Below are positions 47,066 to 55,450 of a stretch of 64,000 nt of DNA, one piece after another. The notes below the pieces were generated by a model. It worked only from the letters and a program-made list of their open reading frames with translations. It did no database searches and was not told the DNA's origin. Location: positions 81,505 through 145,504 of the IMG/VR virus record IMGVR_UViG_3300020383_000006; one strand, written 5' to 3'. How positions within the stretch are numbered: the first letter of the stretch is position 1; each line of letters begins with the position of its first letter. The stretch is from a virus. The position numbers and the translations under genes were made by a program.

Positions 47066-48004
47066 TTATCCTTCTATTAAACTTGTACAAAATACCGCAC
47101 CGTTACAAGTAAATGTTCCGTTTACCGTAACAGAACCTATATGAGTTCTTGAACCTGCTTTAGTAGTGTGACTACCATAATTTTCCGTAACGTCAGAATA
47201 ATCCCTTGTTACAGAACCACCGTATTCTTCTTTTGTTTCACCGTCAATGTTTAGTATATAGTTGCCCTGAACGTAATGCTTGACGTCACCCTCTACTGTT
47301 AAATTAACATCACCCCTGACGTTAGCAAACTTAGAACCCGCAATAATTTCATAACCGTCGCCAACTATCTTGACTATCTTATTACCGTCTTTATCAACTT
47401 CATAAAACGTTCCAGATTTATGAAATTCTTGGATTCTTTCATTACCTTCGGTGTTATCGTATTCTTTTACATGACCTGATTTCGTTTCTTTAACGTCATT
47501 ATCCGGGTATGTAGCATTGTTTCGGTATTCAGGTTCGTCCCAATTGCCTCCACCAGCAGTAGGTACACCAATTCTTCGGTTTTGATTCCTAATCTTAAAC
47601 AATTCATGGGAACTATCCCCTCTAGCTAGTTTATTGACATCGCTTTCATCTGTATAGATCGGGTAAACGCCATCAGGGTCATTAAAACCTAAATTTGACA
47701 TTGCCGATTTAGTCGGTTTACCTGAAATTGAACCAAGTACAATTCCATCTTGTAAATCTTGACTTAAAAAATAACCAAATACAGTAGAACCTTGAACATA
47801 ACCTGTAGGAGATTCACCAATACCTGAAACGCCAGCTTGGTTAGAATTTACCGTGGAAAACCATAACAAATGTTCTGTCGGTAAAAATTCCTTGTTTTCT
47901 GTATGGTACCCATAACAGCGAACTTGGACTCTACCAACTTCTTCCGGATCTTTTATATTTTCGACAACCCCAAAAAAAGGTTGAAACGAATCTTGTATTA
48001 ACAT
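47066..48004 (-). CDS. gp5: baseplate central spike (OB fold plus beta-helix, no lysozyme domain)
   Basis: FFGVVENIKDPEEVGRVQVRCYGYH, YPDNDVKETKSGHVKEYDNT, V.G repeats. Confidence 0.9.
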   Translation of the reverse strand: MLIQDSFQPFFGVVENIKDPEEVGRVQVRCYGYHTENKEFLPTEHLLWFSTVNSNQAGVSGIGESPTGYVQGSTVFGYFLSQDLQDGIVLGSISGKPTKSAMSNLGFNDPDGVYPIYTDESDVNKLARGDSSHELFKIRNQNRRIGVPTAGGGNWDEPEYRNNATYPDNDVKETKSGHVKEYDNTEGNERIQEFHKSGTFYEVDKDGNKIVKIVGDGYEIIAGSKFANVRGDVNLTVEGDVKHYVQGNYILNIDGETKEEYGGSVTRDYSDVTENYGSHTTKAGSRTHIGSVTVNGTFTCNGAVFCTSLIEG

Positions 48005-49197
48005 TATTTTGAATACCCGTCTTTAAACAACATCATTGTTTGTGTCATCTTAGTATTAGAAAGATTATGGTGTATTTGCCCAATTAAGTATTTACCGTCT
48101 ATTTTATTTTTGACTTCTTGTTGTTCCTGATTCCAGTTCGGTAAAGTAACATTACACGCTTGACCTACTCTAATCGTTGAATCACCAAATACAACAATCT
48201 TAACTCTGATAGTCGATAACTCGATTAACTTCATTACAGAAGAAACCGCTTTTCGCTGATTTAAAGAGGAATTATTATTAACCCCTAGCCTAACCCTAGA
48301 TTCATAAGATACATCTACTTCGTTCTTATGAGGAACCTCAGATAGCGATTTTTCACTATTCCATGAACCTTCTTTATCATATTCAACTTTAGTTGCTTCT
48401 TTACTGAATAAATCAAATTGAACTGAAGTCTTACCATGAATCCCTTCCATGGTTCTATCTAATAAGGAATTTTCTTCTAATACTTCCAGTTCTTGGATAG
48501 AGTTAAATGATTCAACTTCTTTCTGGTCAATTTCTTTAAACACGCCCCTGTTTCGGTAGAAATAATCTTTAACAGGTTCTTGTTGTTTTAGTTTTTCAAC
48601 CGGAACAAAATTAAATTGTCGATTATCTTCATAAAACAAATAACCTAAGTCATCCCCATAAGCCGCATTTCTAAGAATGTTAATGGCGTTAAACGGTTTA
48701 TGGACACCAAACACATAAGAAAATATCCCTTCTGTTTGTTCGGCAACTAATGGCTTATCTTCTTTTAATCTTTTATTAAAAATGCTTTCTACAAAACTAG
48801 ATATTTGTTTCTTACCAGAAATATTAGTCGATAACCTTGTTGATTTTAATGCTTCTGGACTAATGAAATAAATTGTATAACCAGAAGCGTGTTCAGATAT
48901 TCTATGGTTTTCAGAAATCTTATAAACAATTGCTTTATATTCAAAAAGGTCTTCAGTTCCAAGCGTATTGAAACTGATATCTATTTCTTCACCACCGTAA
49001 AGATTAGCTGTATCTGGTAAATTTAATGAATCAATAATAGAAATAGATCCAGACATTGTTTGATCAAACAATGATTCAAATATATCCACCGATACAAACG
49101 CAACTGATAAATCCAATTCTTTCGTTTCGGAATCAGAAGGTTTGTATCGTAAAACCAATTTGTTTATAGCGTAATCGCCATTGCTTTTATATTTCAT
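48004..49197 (-). CDS. baseplate hub protein, gp27-like
   Basis: IFESLF..SGSISIIDS, YLFYED..FNF, GKYLIGQIHH; lies upstream of gp5. Confidence 0.7.
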   Translation of the reverse strand: MKYKSNGDYAINKLVLRYKPSDSETKELDLSVAFVSVDIFESLFDQTMSGSISIIDSLNLPDTANLYGGEEIDISFNTLGTEDLFEYKAIVYKISENHRISEHASGYTIYFISPEALKSTRLSTNISGKKQISSFVESIFNKRLKEDKPLVAEQTEGIFSYVFGVHKPFNAINILRNAAYGDDLGYLFYEDNRQFNFVPVEKLKQQEPVKDYFYRNRGVFKEIDQKEVESFNSIQELEVLEENSLLDRTMEGIHGKTSVQFDLFSKEATKVEYDKEGSWNSEKSLSEVPHKNEVDVSYESRVRLGVNNNSSLNQRKAVSSVMKLIELSTIRVKIVVFGDSTIRVGQACNVTLPNWNQEQQEVKNKIDGKYLIGQIHHNLSNTKMTQTMMLFKDGYSK

Positions 49198-49691
49198 GAG
49201 CGCATAAGCCTATCATGTTCATTTTTAATTGCTCTAGCAATTTCAGGTATCGGTACTAAGATAGATCTTTTATTTTCATTCTTTCTATATTCGTATTCGT
49301 AGTTGGTTATCGTGATTCTATCATATTCTGGATGATCACTTTCTACCGTTCTACCATCAAACATAGATTCATAATGATGAACGCCTTCAGAGTTTCCATA
49401 TTCGTCAGAAATATAGCCTCTCAATTCATTAACCTTTAATGGCCAATCATCATCCAAATCCATAATGTTATTATAGAACGGAATAACCCAAAACAAATCA
49501 GCGTCATCATAAATTTTGTCTGCTATCGTTAATGGTGTATCGCCGTCCCTGATAGTGTATTCAATATGATTGCTATCACGTCTTTTGTATTTTTCAACAA
49601 TAGATGACCTTTTCGTAATATCAATACAAGGCATTTTAAGGTTATTGAACTTGTAAGGATATATGATCGGAAATTTTGAAAAGTATCCCAT
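49194..49691 (-). CDS. gp53: baseplate wedge subunit (LysM-like)
   Basis: YFSKFP, YTIRDGDTPLTIADKIY, HHYE, TNYEYE..KNENKRSI. Confidence 0.9.
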   Translation of the reverse strand: MGYFSKFPIIYPYKFNNLKMPCIDITKRSSIVEKYKRRDSNHIEYTIRDGDTPLTIADKIYDDADLFWVIPFYNNIMDLDDDWPLKVNELRGYISDEYGNSEGVHHYESMFDGRTVESDHPEYDRITITNYEYEYRKNENKRSILVPIPEIARAIKNEHDRLMRS

Positions 49692-49693
49692 GA

Positions 49694-50626
49694 TTAATAT
49701 CCTTGTTCTATTCTATTTTTTGTAAGAACTTCCATTTCAGTGAACTCAAGCGTTAATTCAGTTGCTGATGGAGAACCGTCTTTAAAGTTTGAATATTGTC
49801 CATCGGGACTATGGTTTACCGTTAAATTGGTCATAGCACAAGTAGATATTTTAAACAACCAAGGATTTTCTTTTGATTTGTGTAAAAACTGCAAATCAAA
49901 TTCCGCTGGAAATATCCAATAGTTCGTATTCTCTTCAAATTTAACTTCCGGTGCTCTATGGAACTTTAATGTGTCAACAATACGCTTAATCTCGTCTTGT
50001 TCATCCGCAGAGCGAGGAATCATTTTAAACGTAAATGAGAACGTTCTATTTTCTACTCCGTTGAATACCACTTCCATATACGGGTTAGCAACCGTAGAAG
50101 TATAAGATTTTCTTAGTGCTTCAAAGTTTAGTGGTGTTAATGCTGAAGCTGCCGTTGATAACGTTCTTAAACCGGACTCAGATAACGTATTCTTAACCGC
50201 TTGCCATGAATTAGAAGCATCTTTCCAGGAATTAACTGAAGACAGTCCACCGATAGCATCAACGGAAGACCCTAAAGAACCAAGTTCCTCGGTTGACCAA
50301 TCTGATTGGTATTGAGAGGTGATTTCAGGTGGCATAAACAAATCAATAAACGTGTTAATGCGCTTATAATTTTCAGAAAATCGTTTAGATATACCACTCT
50401 TATTCTGTTCACTTCTAAAATTAGAAGTGACGTCATTACCCTCAGCATCAGTTACTTTTTGTTGACCTTCCGAACCCAAGTAACGTGAACCAGAAGGAAC
50501 ATTAATCAAAATACGAATAATTGATTGGTTGCCTTGTGTATCTAAATCAAGAGGAAACTTGAGCCTGTTTTGACCCCTCTTGTTTTGAGTTAATTTATTA
50601 TTCAACAATTCTGCTTTAGTAGGCAT
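49694..50626 (-). CDS. gp48: baseplate tail tube cap
   Basis: NPYMEVVFNGVENRTFSFTFKMIPRSADE, LEFTEMEVLTK. Confidence 0.88.
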   Translation of the reverse strand: MPTKAELLNNKLTQNKRGQNRLKFPLDLDTQGNQSIIRILINVPSGSRYLGSEGQQKVTDAEGNDVTSNFRSEQNKSGISKRFSENYKRINTFIDLFMPPEITSQYQSDWSTEELGSLGSSVDAIGGLSSVNSWKDASNSWQAVKNTLSESGLRTLSTAASALTPLNFEALRKSYTSTVANPYMEVVFNGVENRTFSFTFKMIPRSADEQDEIKRIVDTLKFHRAPEVKFEENTNYWIFPAEFDLQFLHKSKENPWLFKISTCAMTNLTVNHSPDGQYSNFKDGSPSATELTLEFTEMEVLTKNRIEQGY

Positions 50627-50671
50627 TATGATCGTATCTCTTTTATTATTTCTTAAACTTATAGTGATTAT

Positions 50672-51157
50672 TTATTTACCAAATATATGCTTCTCCGTCA
50701 TGATAATAAAGTTCCATCCTTTTTTATTACAATAGGACTCAGCATGTTTCCATTTTGCTTGGTTTATTTCAAAGGTCATACATTCTTGTAAAAACCTTGA
50801 TTTCTTTTTGCCTTGTTTCTTTGGTGGAAACTTTTCCTTTTCAGGTTTAACCTCAATAGCGGTAACTTGTTTCTTACCTTCTTTGTCTTTTGTCACTATA
50901 ACGAAGTCAACAAAATATCTATGTATCCTTCCATCTTTTGGTGACAAATACGGTATGACAAGCTCTTCACTGTTCCAAGCAAGTATTTTTGGGTCTAGGT
51001 CAAAGTTGTTCATACACTTCCTTTCCCATGAAGAACGATAGGTAATTTTTGATGTGTCACCTAGATATTTTTCAGGGAATTTTGGTATAAACCTGCCATG
51101 GTGTAATAATTTTTTACCTTTTTTCTTATCTTTTTTTAATTGCTCTCGAATGCTCAT
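50672..51157 (-). CDS. gp4: head completion nuclease
   Basis: GRFIPKFPEKYLGD, YRSSWE, WNSEELVIPY.SP.DGRIHRYFVDF, IEVKP, NQAKW. Confidence 0.95.
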   Translation of the reverse strand: MSIREQLKKDKKKGKKLLHHGRFIPKFPEKYLGDTSKITYRSSWERKCMNNFDLDPKILAWNSEELVIPYLSPKDGRIHRYFVDFVIVTKDKEGKKQVTAIEVKPEKEKFPPKKQGKKKSRFLQECMTFEINQAKWKHAESYCNKKGWNFIIMTEKHIFGK

Positions 51158-51187
51158 GGTTACAGTCTTTTAGCTCATTATAATTTA

Positions 51188-51195
51188 TATTTATT
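51188..51195 (-). promoter_or_regulatory. late promoter variant AATAAATA (gp4 operon)
   Basis: 30 bp upstream of the gp4 start. Confidence 0.55.
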
Positions 51196-51239
51196 TCCAC
51201 TATTTCCAAAAAATATACATCAATTGATTAAAAAATGAA

Positions 51240-51495
51240 CGAATTTGCCGAATTTTAAATTCATCAAACTGATATATACTTTGTATAAACAAAGAATAAC
51301 GAGTAGGGAAATTATGTTCTTAGAACTTTACACTCTTCGAAGATGAACTTCTCAGAGGTAAAGATTCTTAAGAACCAATGGAATATTTTTTTTATATTTA
51401 AAGTATAAGTAATTTATAGTAACATTAAATAAATACTTTAAACAATTCATAAATGAATATTCCGCGCGCGAGGAAGTTTGTTAAACAAATTTTCT
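51240..51495. other. palindrome-dense AT-rich non-coding region at the strand switch
   Basis: At least seven short inverted repeats and one 60-nt branched hairpin (51316-51375). Confidence 0.6.
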
Positions 51496-51534
51496 TAAAT
51501 TATTTTCTAACTACAAAAATAGGCATTTTATTTT

Positions 51535-52047
51535 ATGTACAATGATGCGATTGAAAAAGAATATTTGAACCATAAAACCTTCATTGATATTTGTAATTCC
51601 TTAACAAACCTTTCAAAATGTACCTTTACAAAAGTTGCTTCAGTTATTGTTGACCAAGACGGAGGAATTATCTCTACTGGGGTTAATGGAACAATTGCTG
51701 GTTTACAAAACTGTTGCGACAACCATTTTGAAAAACGTGATGACCATATTGAATATTCGGAAAAGTATGAAGTTCATGCTGAAATGAACGCAATTATACG
51801 CCTTGCAAGATCCAGTATTAAACCAAACCGCATTACCCTCTACACTTCCCTCTCACCATGTAAAAACTGCTTAAAACACATTTTAGCACTCCAAAACAAC
51901 TATGTGAAAGTTGATGCAATTGTTTTTGGTGAATTGTATCACCGTTATACAAAAGAAGATATTGAACAAATGCGTAATTATGCTTACAGTGCTGGTATCA
52001 AATTGATTGACATCAATGAAATGTCAAAATTATTGAATAATAAATAA
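51535..52047 (+). CDS. cd: dCMP deaminase
   Basis: SKC..KVASVIV, ISTGVNGT, HAEMNAI, SPCKNC. Confidence 0.95.
   Translation: MYNDAIEKEYLNHKTFIDICNSLTNLSKCTFTKVASVIVDQDGGIISTGVNGTIAGLQNCCDNHFEKRDDHIEYSEKYEVHAEMNAIIRLARSSIKPNRITLYTSLSPCKNCLKHILALQNNYVKVDAIVFGELYHRYTKEDIEQMRNYAYSAGIKLIDINEMSKLLNNK
52039..52046 (+). promoter_or_regulatory. late promoter variant AATAAATA
   Basis: Heads the 52084-55363 gene run. Confidence 0.5.
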
Positions 52048-52083
52048 CCTTTAAATAGATTTGATTTAAACCAAAGGGTAACA

Positions 52084-52518
52084 ATGAAAACTTTTATCAA
52101 CAAAAACAAAACAGTTTCCGAAGCATTTGAGTTTGTAACAAAAGAAGCTTCAAACAATGATGAAAAAATTAAAATACTACAAAAACTTAAATCCAGATCA
52201 ATGAAATGGGTTGTACAAGCAATGTATACAAGGGATTTAAGTAAGTACCCTATACCTAAGTTTGAATACAACCATCGAGATGCTGGTATTTGTTATGCGA
52301 CAATCCATAATTCAATTAATAGAATGGAAAGTGCTTTCCGAGTTTATGATAAAGGTAATGAAGCAAAATACAATGATCTAATGACGCTTGTATTACAAGA
52401 ATTACCTAAAGAAGAAGCTGAACTATTGATTGATGTTATGGCTGGTAAGAAAACACGGGGGATTTCTAAAACCGTTTGGAAAAAGATTTACCCTGAATTT
52501 TTTCGATCTGAGCAATAA
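52084..52518 (+). CDS. conserved T4-like hypothetical protein (DUF6433-like)
   Basis: EKIKILQK...LQELPKEEAELLI...GISKTVWKKIYPE pattern; sits next to FmdB. Confidence 0.6.
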   Translation: MKTFINKNKTVSEAFEFVTKEASNNDEKIKILQKLKSRSMKWVVQAMYTRDLSKYPIPKFEYNHRDAGICYATIHNSINRMESAFRVYDKGNEAKYNDLMTLVLQELPKEEAELLIDVMAGKKTRGISKTVWKKIYPEFFRSEQ

Positions 52519-52577
52519 TGTTAAAAGAATAAAAAGAAAATTTATTGCTAAGAATAAATCAATTAGGAAATTTTATT

Positions 52578-52841
52578 ATGCCAATTTACGATTACCGTTG
52601 CGGTTCTTGTGGAAATCAGTTTTCACAAAGAAAGAAAATATCTGAAATGGAAGCTCCATTAAGTGAACCTTGTCCGGAGTGTGAAAAGAAAGGTGAAATT
52701 ACAAAAATTATAACATCAGCCCCTGTTGTTGGATATTCAATTGCTCCAAGCCTTAAAACAACAGACAATTTCAATTCTAGATTAAAAGAAATGAAAAGTA
52801 AAGCTGGTAAGGGAAACACGTTTTCGGATTCAATAAGGTAA
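52578..52841 (+). CDS. FmdB-family zinc-ribbon protein; start re-called at 52578
   Basis: MPIYDYRCGSCG...PCPEC; AGGA RBS upstream of ATG 52578. Confidence 0.9.
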   Translation: MPIYDYRCGSCGNQFSQRKKISEMEAPLSEPCPECEKKGEITKIITSAPVVGYSIAPSLKTTDNFNSRLKEMKSKAGKGNTFSDSIR

Positions 52842-52846
52842 ATTGA

Positions 52847-53404
52847 ATGAAAAAGTTTCAAGAATTTTTAAATGAATCTAAAACCGTTACTGTTTACCAC
52901 GGCAATAAATACGGTACATCCAAAATAAATCCGAAACACATGGATTCCAGTATAAACGAACATGGAGTTGGGATTTATTTTACGGATGAATTTAATACTT
53001 CTAAAATGTACGGTGAACATGTAGTAAAAGCAGAAATTAACCCTTCCGATTTTATTGAATCTAGATCTTTTATAGAAAAATTAGGTAAGTCATTTTTTAA
53101 TCTATTAAAATATTTGTATAAAATTGAACCTGAAGGAATTTGGTATTTGGTAACTGATTATGGTATGGAAGTTTTTAATCCAGAAGATGTAGAAGAAAGT
53201 CATTTGTATGAACTATATAAAATTGCTGGGAAAGAACAAATAAGGCATATGCAACAAACTTTAGTCGATAACACTTCTGTTGAAGATTTTGTGAAAGGTT
53301 GGTTAAAAACAATAAAATACAAAGGCACTTACCAAAAACAACAAACGGGTGAAACGTTTTATATGATAATAGACCCTAATGTAAAATTAGAAAAAGTAAT
53401 TTAA
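52847..53404 (+). CDS. capsid-targeting-leader protein with an ADP-ribosyltransferase-like domain
   Basis: MKKFQEFLNE leader; VYHG...GVGIYFTD...MYG..V and C-terminal YKG...YMIIDP. Confidence 0.65.
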   Translation: MKKFQEFLNESKTVTVYHGNKYGTSKINPKHMDSSINEHGVGIYFTDEFNTSKMYGEHVVKAEINPSDFIESRSFIEKLGKSFFNLLKYLYKIEPEGIWYLVTDYGMEVFNPEDVEESHLYELYKIAGKEQIRHMQQTLVDNTSVEDFVKGWLKTIKYKGTYQKQQTGETFYMIIDPNVKLEKVI

Positions 53405-53435
53405 AAATTATAATAGGCTAAATATTAACCGTAAC

Positions 53436-53454
53436 ATAGGATAATTTATCCTAT
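53436..53454 (+). promoter_or_regulatory. hairpin in the 5' leader, preceded by a CTAAATA late-promoter variant (53418-53424)
   Basis: ATAGGATA-ATT-TATCCTAT perfect 8-bp stem. Confidence 0.45.
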
Positions 53455-53475
53455 TCAAATTAAAGGATTAGAAAA

Positions 53476-53877
53476 ATGGATAAAACATTTCAAGAATTTT
53501 TAAACGGGGAACCTGTAGAACAACTAGAAGAAGCAACTTCTAGAGGAAATGGCTGGATGGAAATTGATTCAAATTCTAACGAAATAAAAAGTTTAGAATT
53601 TACTCTCGTAATGAAATCTGATGCAGATATGCCAAATATCGAATTAGATTTTAATTATGATAGCAGCAAACCAAGTCTAACGAAACCTTCTTTAAAATTT
53701 AGTTCAGGAAGATTCAAAGATGAACGCCACTATAAAAAGTTCACCAAAACTGTAAATGACCTATTAGAAAAAATAGGTGAGTTAGAATTAGAAATTGGTA
53801 TGGCTTCAGGTTCTTCTGGTTATTCTAAAGTTCAAAAAGAACTTAAGAAAATGGGAATAAAAGTAAAAATAGACTAA
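53476..53877 (+). CDS. putative internal head protein (MDKTFQEFLNG...LEE)
   Basis: Capsid-targeting-like leader. Confidence 0.65.
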   Translation: MDKTFQEFLNGEPVEQLEEATSRGNGWMEIDSNSNEIKSLEFTLVMKSDADMPNIELDFNYDSSKPSLTKPSLKFSSGRFKDERHYKKFTKTVNDLLEKIGELELEIGMASGSSGYSKVQKELKKMGIKVKID

Positions 53878-53878
53878 T

Positions 53879-54064
53879 ATGAAATCATTTCAAGAGTTTG
53901 TAAACGAAGAAAAGAAAGAAGAATCTACTGAATATCAGAAATTCTTCAAAAAAGCGCTTAAGAAATTTGGTGTTGAAGAACCGGATGAACTTGAAGGCGA
54001 AAAAGAAAAAGAATTTTATGACTATGTAGACGCTAATTGGGAATCTGAAAAGGAAGAAGATTAA
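53879..54064 (+). CDS. putative internal head protein (MKSFQEFVNE)
   Basis: Leader motif; highly charged 61-aa protein. Confidence 0.65.
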   Translation: MKSFQEFVNEEKKEESTEYQKFFKKALKKFGVEEPDELEGEKEKEFYDYVDANWESEKEED

Positions 54065-54330
54065 TGAAACCATTTAAACAATTTCTAAAAGAAAAAAGAG
54101 TAGAATCAAACGATTTACTCGATGAACTTCAAGAAATTTATTATGACGTTTCTATGTCTGATAATGAATCAGGTTATATGATGGAAGTTATTGACTTCTT
54201 ATCGGATCCTGATGAAGAAGATCCTGAGCTTGCATTAGATAGTTTAGATAGAATTAAAAGGTTAGTTAAGAAATACTTGGGAATAAGTAAATTTTACGAG
54301 CTTGTTGATTTTATTAAAAGTTACCAATAA
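54064..54330 (+). CDS. putative internal head protein (MKPFKQFLKE)
   Basis: Leader motif; acidic helical body. Confidence 0.65.
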   Translation: MKPFKQFLKEKRVESNDLLDELQEIYYDVSMSDNESGYMMEVIDFLSDPDEEDPELALDSLDRIKRLVKKYLGISKFYELVDFIKSYQ

Positions 54331-54360
54331 AACAGGATAAAAAATGAAATCATTTAAAGA
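54278..54360 (+). repeat. imperfect direct repeat, copy 1 (about 83 bp)
   Basis: Shares the exact 25-mer ATTTTATTAAAAGTTACCAATAAAA (54308-54332) and similar flanks with copy 2. Confidence 0.9.
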
Positions 54361-55075
54361 ATTCATAAAAGAAAGTACAGTACCTTATAATGTTTGGGGA
54401 CCTAAAAAATATGAAGGTGCTTATGGTAAAGGTTCTTTCGACAGAAAATTATTTGATGAAATAAAAAAAGGTTACAATTTTAAACGGCTTGGAATAAAAC
54501 CTTATGGTATAAGTAGATCAAATATGCTGTTTTTAAAAGATAGTTCAAAAAATATATACAAAATAAGGTTAGGATACCATGACAATATCATAGTTGGTGA
54601 TTTACATTCAGAATTTACAACTGAATTTAAACCAAGAATGAACACAAGTAGTTATGTCGACGATCCTTATTCATTTTTTAATGCGTTAATTGACGTTAAC
54701 GAAAAAGAAATTTATGAAGGATTGGTGGAAATCCAAAAGAAATTTTCCGGAGAAGGCATACCGAAAGTTTATGTTATAAAAATACCGAATGTCAATAAAA
54801 GAACTGGTAATACTGGTTTTAATTATAATTTTTATGAAGAATTTGATGATTCTAGTTACGAATTATATGAACTAGAAGATTATGGAATCAGTTTAATTGC
54901 AGCAAAAGGAACTGATTTAAAAGTCGGTCAAGAAATTTTTGTTGTAAATAATGAAAGACCTGGATACGATGCATTTTCTAATGGTAAGTTATATGCACCA
55001 TACAAAATTAAAAAAGTATTGAAACCGACGGAACTTGATACTTCTAGAGTAGGATCAATCAAGTTTATAGACTAA
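54344..55075 (+). CDS. putative internal head protein (MKSFKEFIKE)
   Basis: Leader motif; flanked by the direct repeats. Confidence 0.65.
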   Translation: MKSFKEFIKESTVPYNVWGPKKYEGAYGKGSFDRKLFDEIKKGYNFKRLGIKPYGISRSNMLFLKDSSKNIYKIRLGYHDNIIVGDLHSEFTTEFKPRMNTSSYVDDPYSFFNALIDVNEKEIYEGLVEIQKKFSGEGIPKVYVIKIPNVNKRTGNTGFNYNFYEEFDDSSYELYELEDYGISLIAAKGTDLKVGQEIFVVNNERPGYDAFSNGKLYAPYKIKKVLKPTELDTSRVGSIKFID

Positions 55076-55080
55076 CTAGA

Positions 55081-55164
55081 TGGGTATGAGCAAATTTAAC
55101 GAACTTGTTTATTTTATTAAAAGTTACCAATAAAAGAGGAAATTAAAATGAAGTCATTTAAAGA
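55081..55164 (+). repeat. imperfect direct repeat, copy 2
   Basis: Exact 25-mer at 55111-55135; encodes the relic MGMSKFNELVYFIKSYQ* (55080-55133). Confidence 0.9.
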
Positions 55165-55363
55165 GTTTAATTGTGGATCAGTAAATGAATCTAGATTCAA
55201 AACTTCTAGAGGAAATATTACTATTTTTGAAGGAATTGGCCCAAACGCCGAAAAATTCTTTATCAGTATAAAAGGTAAAGTTGTAGAAATTCCACCTGAA
55301 GAAGTTGGTCCTTTTGTTGATGCTGCTAAAGATTTTGAAAAATATTACATGAGCATGGCTTAA
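55148..55363 (+). CDS. putative internal head protein (MKSFKEFNCGSVNE)
   Basis: Leader with an extended spacer before the VNE site; strong GAGGA RBS. Confidence 0.65.
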   Translation: MKSFKEFNCGSVNESRFKTSRGNITIFEGIGPNAEKFFISIKGKVVEIPPEEVGPFVDAAKDFEKYYMSMA

Positions 55364-55386
55364 TCTAATTCCATGGAGTAATAAAT

Positions 55387-55427
55387 AAAATACAGGCACG
55401 ATTTTTAAATCCTCTGCCTGTATTTTT
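55387..55427 (+). terminator. terminator hairpin ending the leader-protein cluster, overlapped by AATAAATA (55380-55387)
   Basis: AAAATACAGGCA...TGCCTGTATTTT inverted repeat with T-tract. Confidence 0.7.
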
Positions 55428-55450
55428 AATTACAAAAAGGAAATTCTTCT

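Noticed and set aside
1900-51041. Many short plus-strand and off-frame ORFs inside structural genes
   Set aside because: Shadow frames of well-supported minus-strand genes, with no RBS or recognisable motifs.
51316-51375. Branched hairpin as a tRNA
   Set aside because: No T-loop GTTCRA in the right position, no D-loop or CCA end, and too short.
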